This document shows, one piece after another, positions 1-14,059 of a stretch of DNA of 64,000 bases. The notes below the pieces were generated by a model. The model saw only the letters and a list, made by a program, of their open reading frames with translations, ran no database searches and was not told the DNA's origin. The DNA comes from Pecten maximus (lineage: Eukaryota), in NCBI RefSeq assembly GCF_902652985.1, contig NC_047024.1, positions 25,048,001 through 25,112,000 on the forward strand. Reading direction: 5' to 3'. Position 1 is the first letter of the stretch, and every line of letters starts with the position of its first letter. The position numbers and the translations under genes are program-made.

Positions 1-249
1 AGTTTATTATACAGAGCTACTTCATATAACTGTAGTTTCTCTATAAATATTTCATTATGCTAATTAACCCATACAGATCAGCACCATATCTATATGCAAA
101 CAAATACTATAAAACCCCTTCTATGTTTTTCAGAATAATCAATTTTTCAAATAGTAATTTTAAAGTGGTTCACAAATAAGCCCGCCTAAGATTTCAATAC
201 TACACTTTTCAGAGTTTAATTTGAGGATAAATATTTTACTTAAGTAAGT

Positions 250-960
250 ACTTAAATTTTACACTTGGGAGAGGGGGCTTATTTGAGGTTAAATATCGTA
301 CTAAACATTTACACTTGGGGAGGGAGGGGGGGGGGGGGGGGGGGGTATTTGAGGATAGATACAGTACTAAACTTTTGACGCTAGGCTAGGTTATATTTGA
401 GGATAATTACAGTACTTCAAGTTTTACACTAGGGGAGGGGGCTTATTTGAGAGCAAATATGATACTACACACTTAAACAGAGGGAGGGGGTCAAATTTGA
501 GGATAAATGCAGCACTTAAGTTTTACAATAGGGGAAGGGGCTTATTTGAGGGTAAATATGGTACATGTACTAGGCATTTACAATGGGGGGGGGGGGGGGC
601 TTATTTGAGGGTAAATGTTGTACTTGGCATTTACAATGGGGGAGGGGGCTTATACAGCACTAAAGTTTTACATTAGGGGAGGGGGCTTATTTGAGGGTAA
701 ATATGGTACTAAACAATTACAATGGGGAGGGGGCTTATTTGAGGGTAAATATGGTACTAGACATTTACAATGGGGGAGGGGGCTTATTTGAGGGTAAATG
801 TGGTACTAAACAATTACAATGGGGGAGGGGGCTTATTTGAGTGTAAATATGATACTAGAGATATAAAATGGGGAGGGGAGGGGACTGATTTGAGGGTAAA
901 TATGGTACTAGACATTTACAATGGGGAGGGGAGGGGACTGATTTGAGGATAGATATGATA
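250..960. repeat. Degenerate tandem array, about 49-bp unit (GGGGAGGGGGCTTATTTGAGGGTAAATATGGTACTAGACATTTACAAT)
   Basis: The GGGCTTATTTGAG core recurs more than 10 times (for example near 439, 539, 683, 731, 779, 829). The reverse complement TACCATATTTACCCTCAAATAAGCCCC resembles a TA-flanked Tc1/mariner-type MITE terminus. Confidence 0.85.
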
Positions 961-1964
961 ACTATACATCATAAACAGTATATTTTTTTCTGTTAACTTT
1001 ACACACATACCTTGTCTGTTGAATGGCCATAATTGTGGATATAAAACCAGTTAAATGATTAAATAGATGTACAAATTCTTCTTAGTCATTATAAATGATC
1101 TATTATTACAGGTAACATGATTATTATATACAGTATAGGTGTTTACCTGTCACCAATAGGTACGGTGACGTTACTGTGATGGTACCAACTATAATCCCGT
1201 ACCTTGAGGTGTCTGTAATGTTTCCGATACTAGCTCTACCAATCAGCGTGTACACCAGGTAACCTCGGGGTCAGTTTTAGTGTTTATAATGGAGACACAA
1301 TAAAGTAACAAACAATTATATTGACCCTTGCTCACAATGACTGGGAGTTTCATTTATTTACACCAGATTTGCCATCTAACATGTGTTAGCTCTGGGTTTT
1401 TATCTTTAATTCTTAATCATGTTAATATTGGAAAAAAACATTGACCTGGCATTACTAGATGTATAAGAGGTAAAAGATGTTTATCAATATTTTTGAAATA
1501 TTGAATGTAAGATGCACATCTTTGTAATGTGAATAAAAAATATATATGGGGTTAACAAGTAGAGTCTGTCTAACTCTGGTAGTATTTCTGTGAAAAAAAA
1601 GTAATTTCAATGTTGATACTGTTTGATACTTTGTAAGTTAATGTTATGCATTAAGACATAGCATACAATTATTAAGTGACCTATGCTAACTGACCACCTC
1701 TGTAAAGTGACCACCTCTATTAAGAGACAACCACTCTTTATGACCACCTCTGTCATCCATTAACTGACTAACTTACAACATAAATTAACAGTAAGTTGAA
1801 GTTGGAGAGACATAATTGTTCTGTTTGACTATTGTAACATAACCATCTGTATGATTCAGATCTGTGAGCCAGACAGAATTGTCCAGTCCTAATATACATA
1901 GGGATGTCTAAGTCTGATGACCAGGAACTCTACGTCTGATGGCCAGGAACCTATTTAACAATAT

Positions 1965-4330
1965 TCTGACACACTGTGGGACACAGTATATTGGTAGATA
2001 AACCTGTCTTATCTGACACACTGTGGATACAGTATATTGGTAGATAAACCTGTCTTATCTGACACACTGTGGGACAAAGTATATTGGATGATTAACCTGT
2101 CTTATCTGACACACTGTGGGACACAGTATATTGATAGAATAACCTGTCTTATCTGACACGCTGTGGGATACAGTATATTGGTAGATAAACCTGTCTTATC
2201 TGACACACTGTGGGACACAGTATATTGATAGATTAACCTGTCTTATCTGACACACTGTGGGACACAGTATATTAGTAGATTAACCTGTCTTATTTGACAC
2301 ACTGTGGGACAAAGTATATTGGTAGATAAACCTGTCTTATCTGACACACTGTGGGACACAGTATATTGATAGATTAACCTGTCTTATCTGACACACTGTG
2401 GGATACAGTATATTGGTAGATAAACCTGTCTTATCTGACACACTGTGGGACACAGTATATTAGTAGATTAACCTGTCTTATCTGACACACTGTGGGACAC
2501 AGTATATTAGTAGATTAACCTGTCTAATCTGACACACTGTGGGACACAGTATATTGATAGATTAACCTGTCTTATCTAACACACTGTGGGACACAGTATA
2601 TTAGTAGATTAACCTGTCTTATCTGACACACTGTGGGACACAGTATACTGGTATATTAACCTGTCTAATCTGACACACTGTGGGACACAGTATATTGGTA
2701 GATTAACCTGTCTAATCTGACACACTGTGGGACACAGTATATTGGTAGATTAACCTGTCTTATCTGACACACTGTGGGACACAGTATATTGGTAGATTAA
2801 CCTGTCTAATCTGACACACTGTGGGACACAGTATATTGGTAGATTAACCTGTCTAATCTGACACACTGTGGGACACAGTATATTGATAGATTAACCTGTC
2901 TTGTCTGACACACTGTAGGACAAAGTATATCGATAGATTAACCTGTCTTATCTGACACACTGTGGGACACAGTTTATTGGTAGATTAACCTGTCTTATCT
3001 GACACACTGTGGGACACAGTATATTGGTAGATTAACCTGTCTTATCTGACACACTGTGGGACAAAGTATATCGATAGATTAACCTGTCTTATCTGACACA
3101 CTGTGTGACAAAGTATATTGGTAGATTAACCTGTCTTATCTGACACACTGTGGGACACAGTATATTGGTAGATTAACCTGTCTTATCTGACACACTGTGG
3201 GACACAGTATATTGGTAGATTAACCTGTCTTATCTGACACAGTACATTAGTAGATTAACCTGTCTTATCTGACACACTGTGGGAGACAGTATATTAGTAG
3301 ATTAACCTGTCTTATCTGACACTCTGTGGGACACAGTATATTGATAGATTAACCTGTCTTATCTGACACACTGTGGGACACAGTTTATTGGTAGATTAAC
3401 CTGTCTTATCTGACACACTGTGGGAAACAGTATATTAGTAGATTAACCTGTCTTATCTGACACACTGTGGGACACAGTATATTGGTAGATTAACCTGTCT
3501 TATCTGACACTCTGTGGGACACAGTATATTGATAGATTAACCTGTCTTATCTGACACACTGTGGGACACAGTATATTGGTAGAATAACCTGTCTTATCTG
3601 ACACACTGTGGGACACGGTATATTGGTAGATAAACCTGTCTTATCTGACACACTGTGGGACACAGTATATTGGTAGATTAACCTGTCTTGTCTGACACAC
3701 TGTGGGACACAGTATATTGGTAGATTAACCTGTCTAATCTGACACACTGTGGGACACAGTATATTAGTAGATTAACCTGTCTTATCTGACACACTGTGGG
3801 ACACAGTATATTGGTAGATTAACCTGTCTAATCTGACACACTGTGGGACACAGTATATTAGTAGATTAACCTGTCTAATCTGACACACTGTGGGACACAG
3901 TATATTAGTAGATTAACCTGTCTTATCTGACACACTGTGGGACACAGTATATTGGTAGATTAACCTGTCTAATCTGACACACTGTGGGACACAGTATATT
4001 GATAGATTAACCAGTCTTATCTGACACACTGTGGGACACAGTATATTGGTAGATTAACCTGTCTTATCTGACACACTGTGGGACACAGTATATTAGTAGA
4101 TTAACCTGTCTAATCTGACACACTGTGGGACACAGTATATTGGTAGATTAACCTGTCTTGTCTGACACACTGTAGGACAAAGTATATTGGTAGATTAACC
4201 TGTCTTATCTGACACACTGTGACAAACAGTATATTGTTAGATTTACCTGTCTTATCTGACAACCTGTTCGACACAGTGTATTAGTAGATTAACCTGTCTA
4301 ATCTGACACACTGTCGGACTCAGTATTTTT
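1965..4330. repeat. 47-bp minisatellite, about 50 copies (CTGACACACTGTGGGACACAGTATATTGGTAGATTAACCTGTCTTAT)
   Basis: Highly homogeneous tandem units are directly visible. The array degenerates out to about 4530. Confidence 0.97.
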
Positions 4331-6015
4331 GTATATGAAACTGTCTTATCAATTATTTGACCTATCATGTGTCTTATATGACAAAATGTGGGTAAATATG
4401 TCTGTTTATCCTTAGTAATCTGACACTTTTTGGACGCAACCTATAAGCCAGACTAACCTATCTTATCTGACACCATGTATGACAACATATTGATCAGATT
4501 AACTTGTCTAATCTGACACTCTTTGGATACAGAAAATTTATCTTAGTGACTTCACTCATCAACATTTCAGAATCTTGAGTTGGTTACTCAAAGGTAGGAC
4601 ATTTCCCTTTCCCTGATTGACTAAGTATGTATGTCGCATGTTGAGACCACTAGACCCTACACCAGTTAAACACTACCTGGGCTGTTTGTTCCCCCGATCA
4701 CCTGTCAGGCCTTTATTGTACCCATAATAAATTATTTCATATTATAGATATAGAATAGTTGTCATTCGAACAGAAACTACTGCCATGATAAGAAAATGTT
4801 AAAAATATCTTGGACCCATATGGGTTCGTGACAAACGTCTTATCCACAGTGACAGGTCTAAAAGTCTTATATGATAAAATTAGTCAGAAATACCTATATA
4901 CATGTATTAAGTCTTTGTAGGTGTTTCTGGCAAATGTTATCACATAAAACTATATAGCTAGCTAGGCATGTCCCTGTGTCTTGTCTTAGTTACAAATATA
5001 TATCATTTAGCCTTTGAGCTACATGTTAAGATATCAATCATTAATATTATTAAATTTTACCATTAATAATGGTTTTAATAAATTCAAGTAGAATGATAAT
5101 TAAATGCAACACTTTATCAAACTTCGTACATATTACACAGTGGACTAACTATATGGTTGTATAGGTCTAGGTTTGGGTCATGTTCTACAGAAATTAATTG
5201 ATCAATAGATTTTTTTTCTCTGTATACACCATGTCATGTTTGACATGCTACAATGTCTTGAACTTTGAACCTATATCTACCAGGTACGGTAAAGACTATA
5301 ATTACCAATACTGATATTACACGTATGCAGGTATTCTTTAAAGTTCAAGCTTAAGTCTAAGCGACTGAAACTATTTAGACAGAAATCCACATGTTTCCAT
5401 TCAAACGCTCCAACATAATTCTAGTCATTCTTCAACGAGTTATCTGGCATATTGACCATGTCAAATACGGGTTTTACACTATATATCTTACCTGGTGTTC
5501 GATGGAGTATTCCAATTGTTAAATATAAGTCTGTCAACCTTATGGGATGATATGATTTCCATGTTCCGGTGTCGTGTACGTACGGGTCACCGCGTTGTAA
5601 CCAGGTACGCTTTTAAAATAGTCGACATATTAAATGACGGTGAAGTAGTGTTTACATTCTCTGCACAATGGCTGTAAGACCCCCATTCAACCAGACCGAC
5701 TCGGGGCACTCATCCATATCCTATATATATATACCTGTATATAAATATTTAAAGTACGTCAAATACATCGGTAAAACTGTGTATATAAGAGCCGACCACT
5801 TCATAACGAAAAGTTCTGAACTGTATAATGTACTTGTATGAATTACATTTGTTTCTAATCTTAACACTAATCTAAGTATATCTGATTTTTAGATAATGAT
5901 TATGCACAATGCATATATATTTGATATGATTTTATTGGAGCATGAATTTGTAGTTATAATGTCGCATATTTCAAACGCATGACAATTACAACATCCATAT
6001 CATAATGCTACCGGC

Positions 6016-6180
6016 CATAGTATGGCAAGCCAAAGTGGGAAAAAAAGTCACATATCCATAAATGACTTATGGATATCCATAAGTCATTTATGGATATTTA
6101 AAAATGAATTATGGATATTTGAAATGAATTGTGGATATCCATAAATCGTGACTTTTTTCCACTTTGGCTTGCCATACTAT
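6016..6180. mobile_element. Palindromic MITE-like element
   Basis: Terminal inverted repeats ATAGTATGGCAAGCCAAAGTGG (6016) and CCACTTTGGCTTGCCATACTAT (to 6180), with internal TATGGATATCCATA palindromes. Confidence 0.8.
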
Positions 6181-7592
6181 CGGACTCAGACCTACAGGGA
6201 ACTCTTCCCTATATAGCGAGCTCGGGGTTTCTCTGGCCCTGACACCAGACAGTCAGGGCCAGAGAATATTCGGGCTTAACCTCTCCCTAGTGTGTTCAGC
6301 ACATTTTCAGACGTTTTTAGGGGCTAGATTAAAATTCGGTGGACACCTCTGTATATAATGAATACCGGGTTGTCATTTTTACCGATTTTTATCCGAATTC
6401 CTGAACGTGTGCTAAAAACACCAGAGAAGGTTTAAATACACGTAGACTCTAACGACATTACTTTTAAATAGTTATATAAGATAGTGTTCTTATTTGCCAT
6501 CTTTCTATTTATAATGTAAAGCTTCTCTTGATGTTCAAAATCTTTAATTCAAAATCTTGATGTTTATAAAAGCAAGATGCTTGTGAAAAGCGTACGATTT
6601 TCAAATGAATTCCATTTCCATATACAATGATAAGTACATAAACAGTTTATTTGATATCATTGGTCATAAATATTAGGAGCACTTCCCTACTTTTTTAAAC
6701 GATGTTTTTGTATATTACTTGTAACTCTTTTGTAAATGAAAGTTTATCATGATGACGTCACAATGTTTATGACGCATTGAGCTGTATTATAATTATGTTC
6801 TGAATTATGCTGGCTGTGTTCTCCATCTCGTAGAATTAAATATGTTTGATATGTATGTATTTTATAATCCTATATGCTGAAAGCAAAGCGTATAATCTTC
6901 AAATCGGCTTAATTACATGTACATTGACACACACGTAAGGGCGTGGTTAAGAGTGTTTCTGGAATAAGTTTGTTTCTGTTAGAGTGAATGTGGTATAAAT
7001 TGTGTGTTAGTATGAAATATTCATGTGATTTATGTTTCCTTTGCAGTGTAGCTAATGTTGGCTCAGAAGACGCCTTAACCTGATTGATTTTCGGCACCCG
7101 TGACAGTAAAGTGATTCTATTTCATAAAAGTGAATCTAATGCTGATATATTTGTGTACATATATATGAAGGATTTGTTTTATTAAATGAAATGAGACTTG
7201 TTTGTTTCCATTCGTTCAATGTTTTAGCAGCACGTTATATGTACAGTATGTGTATCCTACGTGTCAAGTATAGTATACGCCCTTAATTGTGTCTAGGTAA
7301 ATGTGTTTCAAGATCTTTATATGATTGATGTAGCTTCCGATTGTGATTCGCACGAGGCATTGAAGATAATATTTGGAGAAGGAAGACAAATATAATCCTC
7401 GAAATCCAAGGGGTTTCCGAAGTTGGGGCAATCCAAACATGTTCGAAGTGCAGTAAGTATTTGGGCAATATGGAATAAGTACCAGGTTTGGTGACAATCT
7501 CTCCCGGAGGCCAGCTATGGCCGAAGATTCTTGTGCAAGGACCCTGGGAGAGGTCGATGTTACGAGACATCACACCACAGGGACATACCCAT

Positions 7593-7644
7593 CTTCGCTA
7601 GCCATGGCTTCTGATTAGGTAATCAGAAGCCTTGGCTAGCGAAG
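7593..7644. repeat. Near-perfect 52-bp hairpin (probable minimal MITE or element end)
   Basis: CTTCGCTAGCCATGGCTTCTGATT...AATCAGAAGCCTTGGCTAGCGAAG. Confidence 0.75.
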
Positions 7645-7839
7645 TATTTGTATTCCGGATTTCGCTTTCAGCATTGGGACTGATTAAGATAATCGGACAC
7701 CACAATTTACTGTATATAAAATGGACAAAAAGTAACAAAATTCAGCTCAACTGCTGAAAACGAAATATCAAGAATAAAATTTAATTTATCGGTCTCCTAT
7801 TGTATGATCGGTTTGTGTTTCTAGGGAAGCTCGGTCTTT

Positions 7840-8000
7840 GCTCTCGTGGTTGTGTCATTTGGTAAGGCACTTTACCCTAATTGCTCTGGATGTCAATGCG
7901 ACAGGCCACTGTATAATGTTCAGTGAGGTAGCCACCAACTACTACAAGGAGACTCCACGTCAGAGTGACACTGGCTGTTCACGGTGCGATAATCCCAGCA
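7840..8000 (+). mobile_element. SINE fragment (same family as 44800-45110 and 60075-60330)
   Basis: Shares TGTGTC..TGG.AAG.CACTTTACC and CCAACTACTACAAGGAGAC with the reverse complement of 60075-60190. Confidence 0.6.
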
Positions 8001-8649
8001 CACAAACAAACAAACCGCCTCATTTGATGACTCATTTGAGGGGCAAACTTTGTTTTGGAGCAACAGGAACAGTAATGTGGCGCCCACAAATACACTTTGG
8101 GGATACAACCAATCGGAACACCTCGCCTCCGTCTGGCTATCTAGTTTATTAGAAAATGACGAGGGCTTCCGATTGGGATACAACGTTTACGTCTGACGAC
8201 CTCCTTACGCAAGGACGCGAGTATATATTACATAAGGTAAAGGTCTACATCATATACTGTAAGTTTGCATGATTTAGGTGACAGTCATTAAGTTTGAAAA
8301 GTTTTGTATCAAAACTAGTTTAATTCATCCGACAAATCCATTACTACTGCCAGTGAGAAGAAAAAGCGCACACTATTCTCTCTTTTTTTCTGCAAAAGTT
8401 ATCTTGGCGTCAACAAATCTACATGAAATGTGTTTTTTTTTTTTAATTTGGAGTTGGGCAGATTCCCATTATATACATATATAACCAGGAAATTAAAAAA
8501 AAAGTTTTGGCTAAAACTGAAAAGTACTTCAAATTGTGTATTAAAAGCGTGTCTGGAACATGGAAATGTGTCAAAGGACAAATCGATAAATAACATCAAA
8601 ATTAACTAGATAAAAGACCAACTTATCTCTGGCATGAAACTGCAGTTGA

Positions 8650-9000
8650 TTGTTATACTTATATTGTAGTAGAAAATAGAATTTAGGATGTGTATCAGAA
8701 AGAAATCATTAATGATCCGTCAAGATGAGTATTATGTTAACATTTAGTTATATTTATTTTTGTTTACAATTTTATCTATTGAAGTCTATTGATGGTGTTT
8801 ATGAAAATTGTTTATCAAAAATAAAACTTTCGTCCCAAATATAGATATAGAGTATGTCAGAAAGCATAATGTTCCAATGGCTAACATATTGTCCGCATGT
8901 TGTAATTCAGAAGAAATTGAAGACGAGTATAATTTTTTTATTTCAATGTCCATTTTACTCTAATCTTAACAAAAATATATTAGAATCATTTTTGCAGAAA
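8650..9000 (+). mobile_element. Degenerate LINE ORF2 3' end (Cys/His knuckle region)
   Basis: Broken translation C..CNSEEIEDEYNF..QCPFYSNL at about 8890-8970, typical of non-LTR ORF2 C-termini. Confidence 0.55.
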
Positions 9001-9149
9001 GCCAAGTGTTTTTGAATAAGTAAAACTGTAAAGTGTAAACAATGTAATGTAATAGATGTTTTCTTACCTACGGGGTAAATCTTATAATCTATAGTGTCTT
9101 CAAGATAAACTTTCACGGTAGAAAATGGAGAAATTATGAGAAATGAGTG

Positions 9150-12100
9150 ATTACATACCAAGACATTTCATAAATACAAATGTCGCTCTATTCCTCTTTT
9201 TAATATTGTGTATAAAATAGCTTCAGGAACAATAGCACAAGGGGGAAAACAGCATTGCAAAAAAATTATCAGCACAGATCACACTGGATTTTGGGCAGGT
9301 AGATATATAGGTGAAAATATTAGGCTTATTTATGACATAGTGCATTCTACGGAACACTATAACATACCTGGGGAGTTCATTATGATAGATTTTGAAGAAA
9401 AAAGGTTTATTTATAAAATATTCAATGTAATACTAATTCGGCCACAAACCAAGGGGTAATATTGATAATTTTTTTTTTATGTTAAGAGAGGCTGTCGTCA
9501 AGGAGATCCGATTGCACCGTATGCGTTTATTCTCATGCTGAAATACATTTGTATTAGCAATTCGTTTGAGAAATAATTGGAATGTCAAAGGTATATATCG
9601 ACAATTTTTAAGTCATATGTTCATATGTAAGCATTATAAGAGCTAAATGGTTAGAAGAAAGAGAAAAGCCTACAAAGTATTTTTTTAACTTAAAGATTAA
9701 GAATCTTATACCCAAGATTATTCAGAAAGTAGAAAAGGAAAATTCGGAAATTGTTACAAATGAGAGAGAAATCCTTGAAGAAATTTGATTAATTGATGGA
9801 AGGCTTTATGAGCTAGTTATATATAGATGTTGTTATTTTGGAAGACTTTTTAGAAAATTTTGAGTAAATTGAGTAGGTTAGAATCTGATAATTTAGAAGG
9901 ATTTATCACACTTGACGAGGCATCATTGACTCTGAAAGTATTAAACATAACAAAAGCCCATGATCTGATGGTTTGACTATGGAATTAAAAAAAAAAAAGA
10001 TTTTGGAGACAACTTAGTGCTTTTGCAATCAGATCTATTAATTTTGGTTATGATATCGGTCAATTGTCAATTGTTCAAAGACAGGGTGTAATAACGCTTA
10101 ATAAAAAAGATAACATACCTAGACATTTCATAAAAAAACTGTCGCTCTAGTCCCTTTTTAATATTGTGTATTAGATAACTTCATTAACAATAGCACGTAG
10201 GGTAAAAACAGCAGAGCAAAAACAAAACAAAAACAACAAAAAAACGAAAAAAAAAACAACAACAAACAAACAAAAAACAAAAGCACAGATCACACTGGAT
10301 TTTTTGCAGGTAAATACATAGATGAAAATATTAGACTCTCAAGGCAAACCCGTACCAAGACACAAATTCATCAACTCCCAAGGACCACCCGTATCAAGAA
10401 ATCAAACCATCGGCTCCCAAGGACCACCCGTACCAAGACACGAATTCATCAACTTCCAAGGACCACCCGTATCAAGAAATCAAACCATCGGCTCCCAAGG
10501 ACCACCCGTACCAAGACACGAATTCATCAACTCCCAAGGACCACCCGTATCAAGAAATCAAACCATCGGCTCCCAAGGACCACCCGTACCAAGACACAAA
10601 TTAATCAACTCCCAAGGACCACCCGTATCAAGAAATCAAACCATCGGCTCCCAAGGACCACCCGTACCAAGACACGAATTCATCAACTCCCAAGGCCAAT
10701 CCGTACTAAGACATCAAACCATCAGCTCCCAAGGACCACCCGTACCAAGACACAAATTAATCAACTCCCAAGGACCACCCGTATCAAGACATCAAACCAT
10801 CGGCTCCCAAGGACCACCCGTACCAAGACACGAATTCATCAACTCCCAAGGACCACCCGTATCAAGACATCAAACCATCGGCTCCCAAGGACCACCCGTA
10901 CCAAGACACAAATTAATCAACTCCCAAGGACCACCCGTATCAAGAAATCAAACCATCGGCTCCCAAGGACCACCCGTACCAAGACACGAATTCATCAACT
11001 CCCAAGGACAATCCGTACTAAGACGTCAAACCATCGGCTCCCAAGGACCACCCGTACCAAGACACGAATTCATCAACTCCCAAGGACCACCCGTATCAAG
11101 ACATCAAACCATCGGCTCCCAAGGACCACCGGTACCAAGACACGAATTCATCAACTCCCAAGGACAATCTGTACCAAGACATCAAACCATCAGCTCCTAA
11201 GGATCACCTGTATAAGATACCAATTCGTCAACTCCAAGAATCACCCAGACCTAAACATGAAGCCAACAATTCCGAAAGGCCACTCGGACCAAGACAGTCA
11301 TTCCTCAGCTTCCAAAATCATTCAACAAAGACATCTGATGAGGGACTTCCAAGAACTACACAAAACCAAAGGAAAGAGAAATCTCCAAGTTCATCAAAAC
11401 ACATTTTAAGGAAATTGCTAATGAAACTATCAGTGAAATTTTTTCATAAAGTGTAATCAATGTAAATTCCTTAACCGAGTAATCCTGGGTGTATAGTGTA
11501 TGCTGCAAGAGATTCTCCGACTTTGTATTGATATCTCAGGGGACAGCGTGAACACAGTGACAAACAGGAAGACTGTGAAACAACCAAATCGTGATCTTCA
11601 TCAACCTGTGAAGACAACCAGCTGGCATCGGCAGCTATTATCCTTAGTGAGGAAGTTAATCGGACAACCATCATGGAAACCTTAAAATGATATTTCCTCT
11701 TCAAATGAAAACATTGGAACAATAGCCATTTAACCAGCAGGTGTGACCTTCCTGTTGCTTCAAAAAGAAGAAAGGAATGAAACATTTGAGTCAAATGTGG
11801 CAGATGGTGAAATAAGGAGTGCCTAGGCATGAAGGAAACGACATCAATGGTTAATTGCATCTTGTTTGTATGAACATAATAGTTGGCTGAATCAGTAGTC
11901 AACTAAAGCTATGTAGAGACAATCTGCAATAAAGGTATATTATGGAACAATTTTGGATTGCTGTGCTGAATGCATGGTTGAAGTTGATGTTTTTACAGGC
12001 TATACAATATACTTGGCTATTAAAAGCAATGACAGAACTGTAAAATTTAAGGCTTTACACATTTCACCACACTTTAATGTATATAATGAGGCGAAAGTCC

Positions 12101-14050
12101 ATTAAAAAGATGCATAAATGACCGGAAAAAAAGAAAATAGTATTTTGGCAGCTACTTACTATGTATGACCTCACACAATTTCATGCAGATTCACAGAATT
12201 CCTTTTGTCTGGTAAATGTAATGAAATTATTATTCTTTTTATATTTTTACATTATGTACTGAAATATTAGCAATTAGGTTAAGGAACAATAACAACATAA
12301 CTTTATATAAGTGACTTTTCTATCCTTCTTTCTCAGTATGCAGATGACACTTTGCGGGAATCAATTTTAGAACTGAATTTATTTGTCTAGATTAAAAATC
12401 AATACAAACAAAACTCAGGTAATATGGATAGGAAGTAAGAAATACAGCAATGAGACGTTTTTTTACAGGAATTACAATGGGGTAGGGATTAATTTACACT
12501 TTTTGGGGATAGATTTTAGTGTTAATTTACATGAAATATCTAAATTAAACCTTGACAAAATAATTAAACTTATATATAGTCAAGTCTTCGAGTAGAAGAA
12601 AATAACTCCTGGTAAAATGCACATCAAGTAAATCATTATTAAGTTCTCAATTTAATCACTTGCTCATTTCACTTAATAACACAAGCCTTACATAAATGCC
12701 GTTTTATATAGCTTTCTATGGAATGGCAAAACAGACAACACGAAAAGAAATATTATAAGTAAAGATGTTTTTGAAGAAGGCCTGGGAATGGTACTATGAT
12801 ACTTGGTTGGCTGAAGAGATTTTTTTCAAAGTATGTGCACTAGAAAGTTGCAAGCCATTCTTACAAATAATATTAATGTTGATTTTGTAATTAACTGTGG
12901 AAATGAGTACCTACGTATATGTCATAAGAAATTTCAAGCTTGGAAAAGTTGCTGAATTCCTATCATTTCCATCGATTTAAAGGCAGACAACTCTCTATTC
13001 TGAAAACACATTTATTGCATAACTCACTTCTGACTATTGGTTGAAAATCTCTTTGAAAGTCTCTTACAATCACTGGCATGCCAAGGGTGTTAGGCAATAA
13101 ATGTTACGGTGAAATACACAAATCCTGTTACTTTTTATTCTTACAATGAATTAACACAGAGATATAGTATATTAATAAACTTTCTGCAGTTTCATGGTCT
13201 TGTCAATTCGGTTTAATTAAATACACAGAAGGTATATAATATATAACTTCTACTGTCGTACAGGCTAGAGGAACAAAATACATATGCATTCATATACAAT
13301 CTTATCAAAGAATGATGAAGAGTAGGGAAAGATGGGCAAATCATTTTGACTTTGATGATTCTATCTGGGAAACTATTTTTTGTCTACCATTCAAAATAAC
13401 AAGTGTTTCAAAACTTCAGGGGTTTCAGTATAGAAATTCACTTCTGATTACGGCAAACATAACTGTTAGGCCATTATATACTTTTTGAAGTTCAGAAATG
13501 CAGAACCTTGAAATACTATCTAAAATTCTTTTAATTCCTTTCACTTTTAATTCACATTCATTATTTTTGTAAAATTCAGTTAAATTGATAATGAAATTAA
13601 CATTATCATTAAAACAATACATTTACAGAATTAGATGACTTGACACTTCCCTTAAGGTAAAGTTTCTAATAAATTTGAAAAAAGGACTATCACAATGTTG
13701 AAAAAATATACAGCAACTTCTTAGGGTGATGCTTCTCGTCTGTTATTGTAAAGAGGTTTATTTCTGACCCCTTCCCCATCACTCGTGGTGTAAGGCAAGG
13801 TTGTAGTCTTTCTCCTCTTTTGTACGTTTTGGTATCCTTTGCTAAAACAGTTCGTGACGATCCTGATATCATTGGTATAACGCTTCGAGGTTGCTCTCTA
13901 AGGCGGCAAAAATGTCATCTATGCTGATAATAGTACTTGCATTTGCTTCACTGATGAAACTATACAAAAATATCTTTTTAGAGCATCAGGAGCTAAATTA
14001 AATATTAAAACATCACTGGAGAAGTATTTCTTTCGAAATTTATCAAAGAG
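9150..14050 (+). mobile_element. Fragmented, partly duplicated L1/Tx1-clade LINE reverse-transcriptase remnants (interrupted at about 10336-12250)
   Basis: Motifs GRYIGENIRLIYDI, IDFE, RGCRQGDPIAPY, EKPTKYF, SQYADDT, LKINTNKTQVIWIGS, FLWNGK and RGVRQGCSLSPLLY/YADN, with many stops and frameshifts. Confidence 0.85.
10336..11310 (+). repeat. 39-bp minisatellite (78-bp A/B dimer), open as a 292-aa Pro-rich repeat ORF (10322-11200)
   Basis: About 22 units alternating SQGPPVSRNQTIG / SQGPPVPRHEFIN. The array degenerates after 11200. Confidence 0.9.
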
Positions 14051-14059
14051 TTGAAAGCG

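Noticed and set aside
1965-4330. CRISPR-like regular repeat and ORF 3547-3747
   Set aside because: Units are contiguous with no unique spacers, and the context is eukaryotic. The ORF is a by-product of the satellite.
4632-7105. Possible solo LTRs ending in CGTGACA (4833, 7105)
   Set aside because: I could not find a matching TG start with a target-site duplication, a PBS or a PPT.
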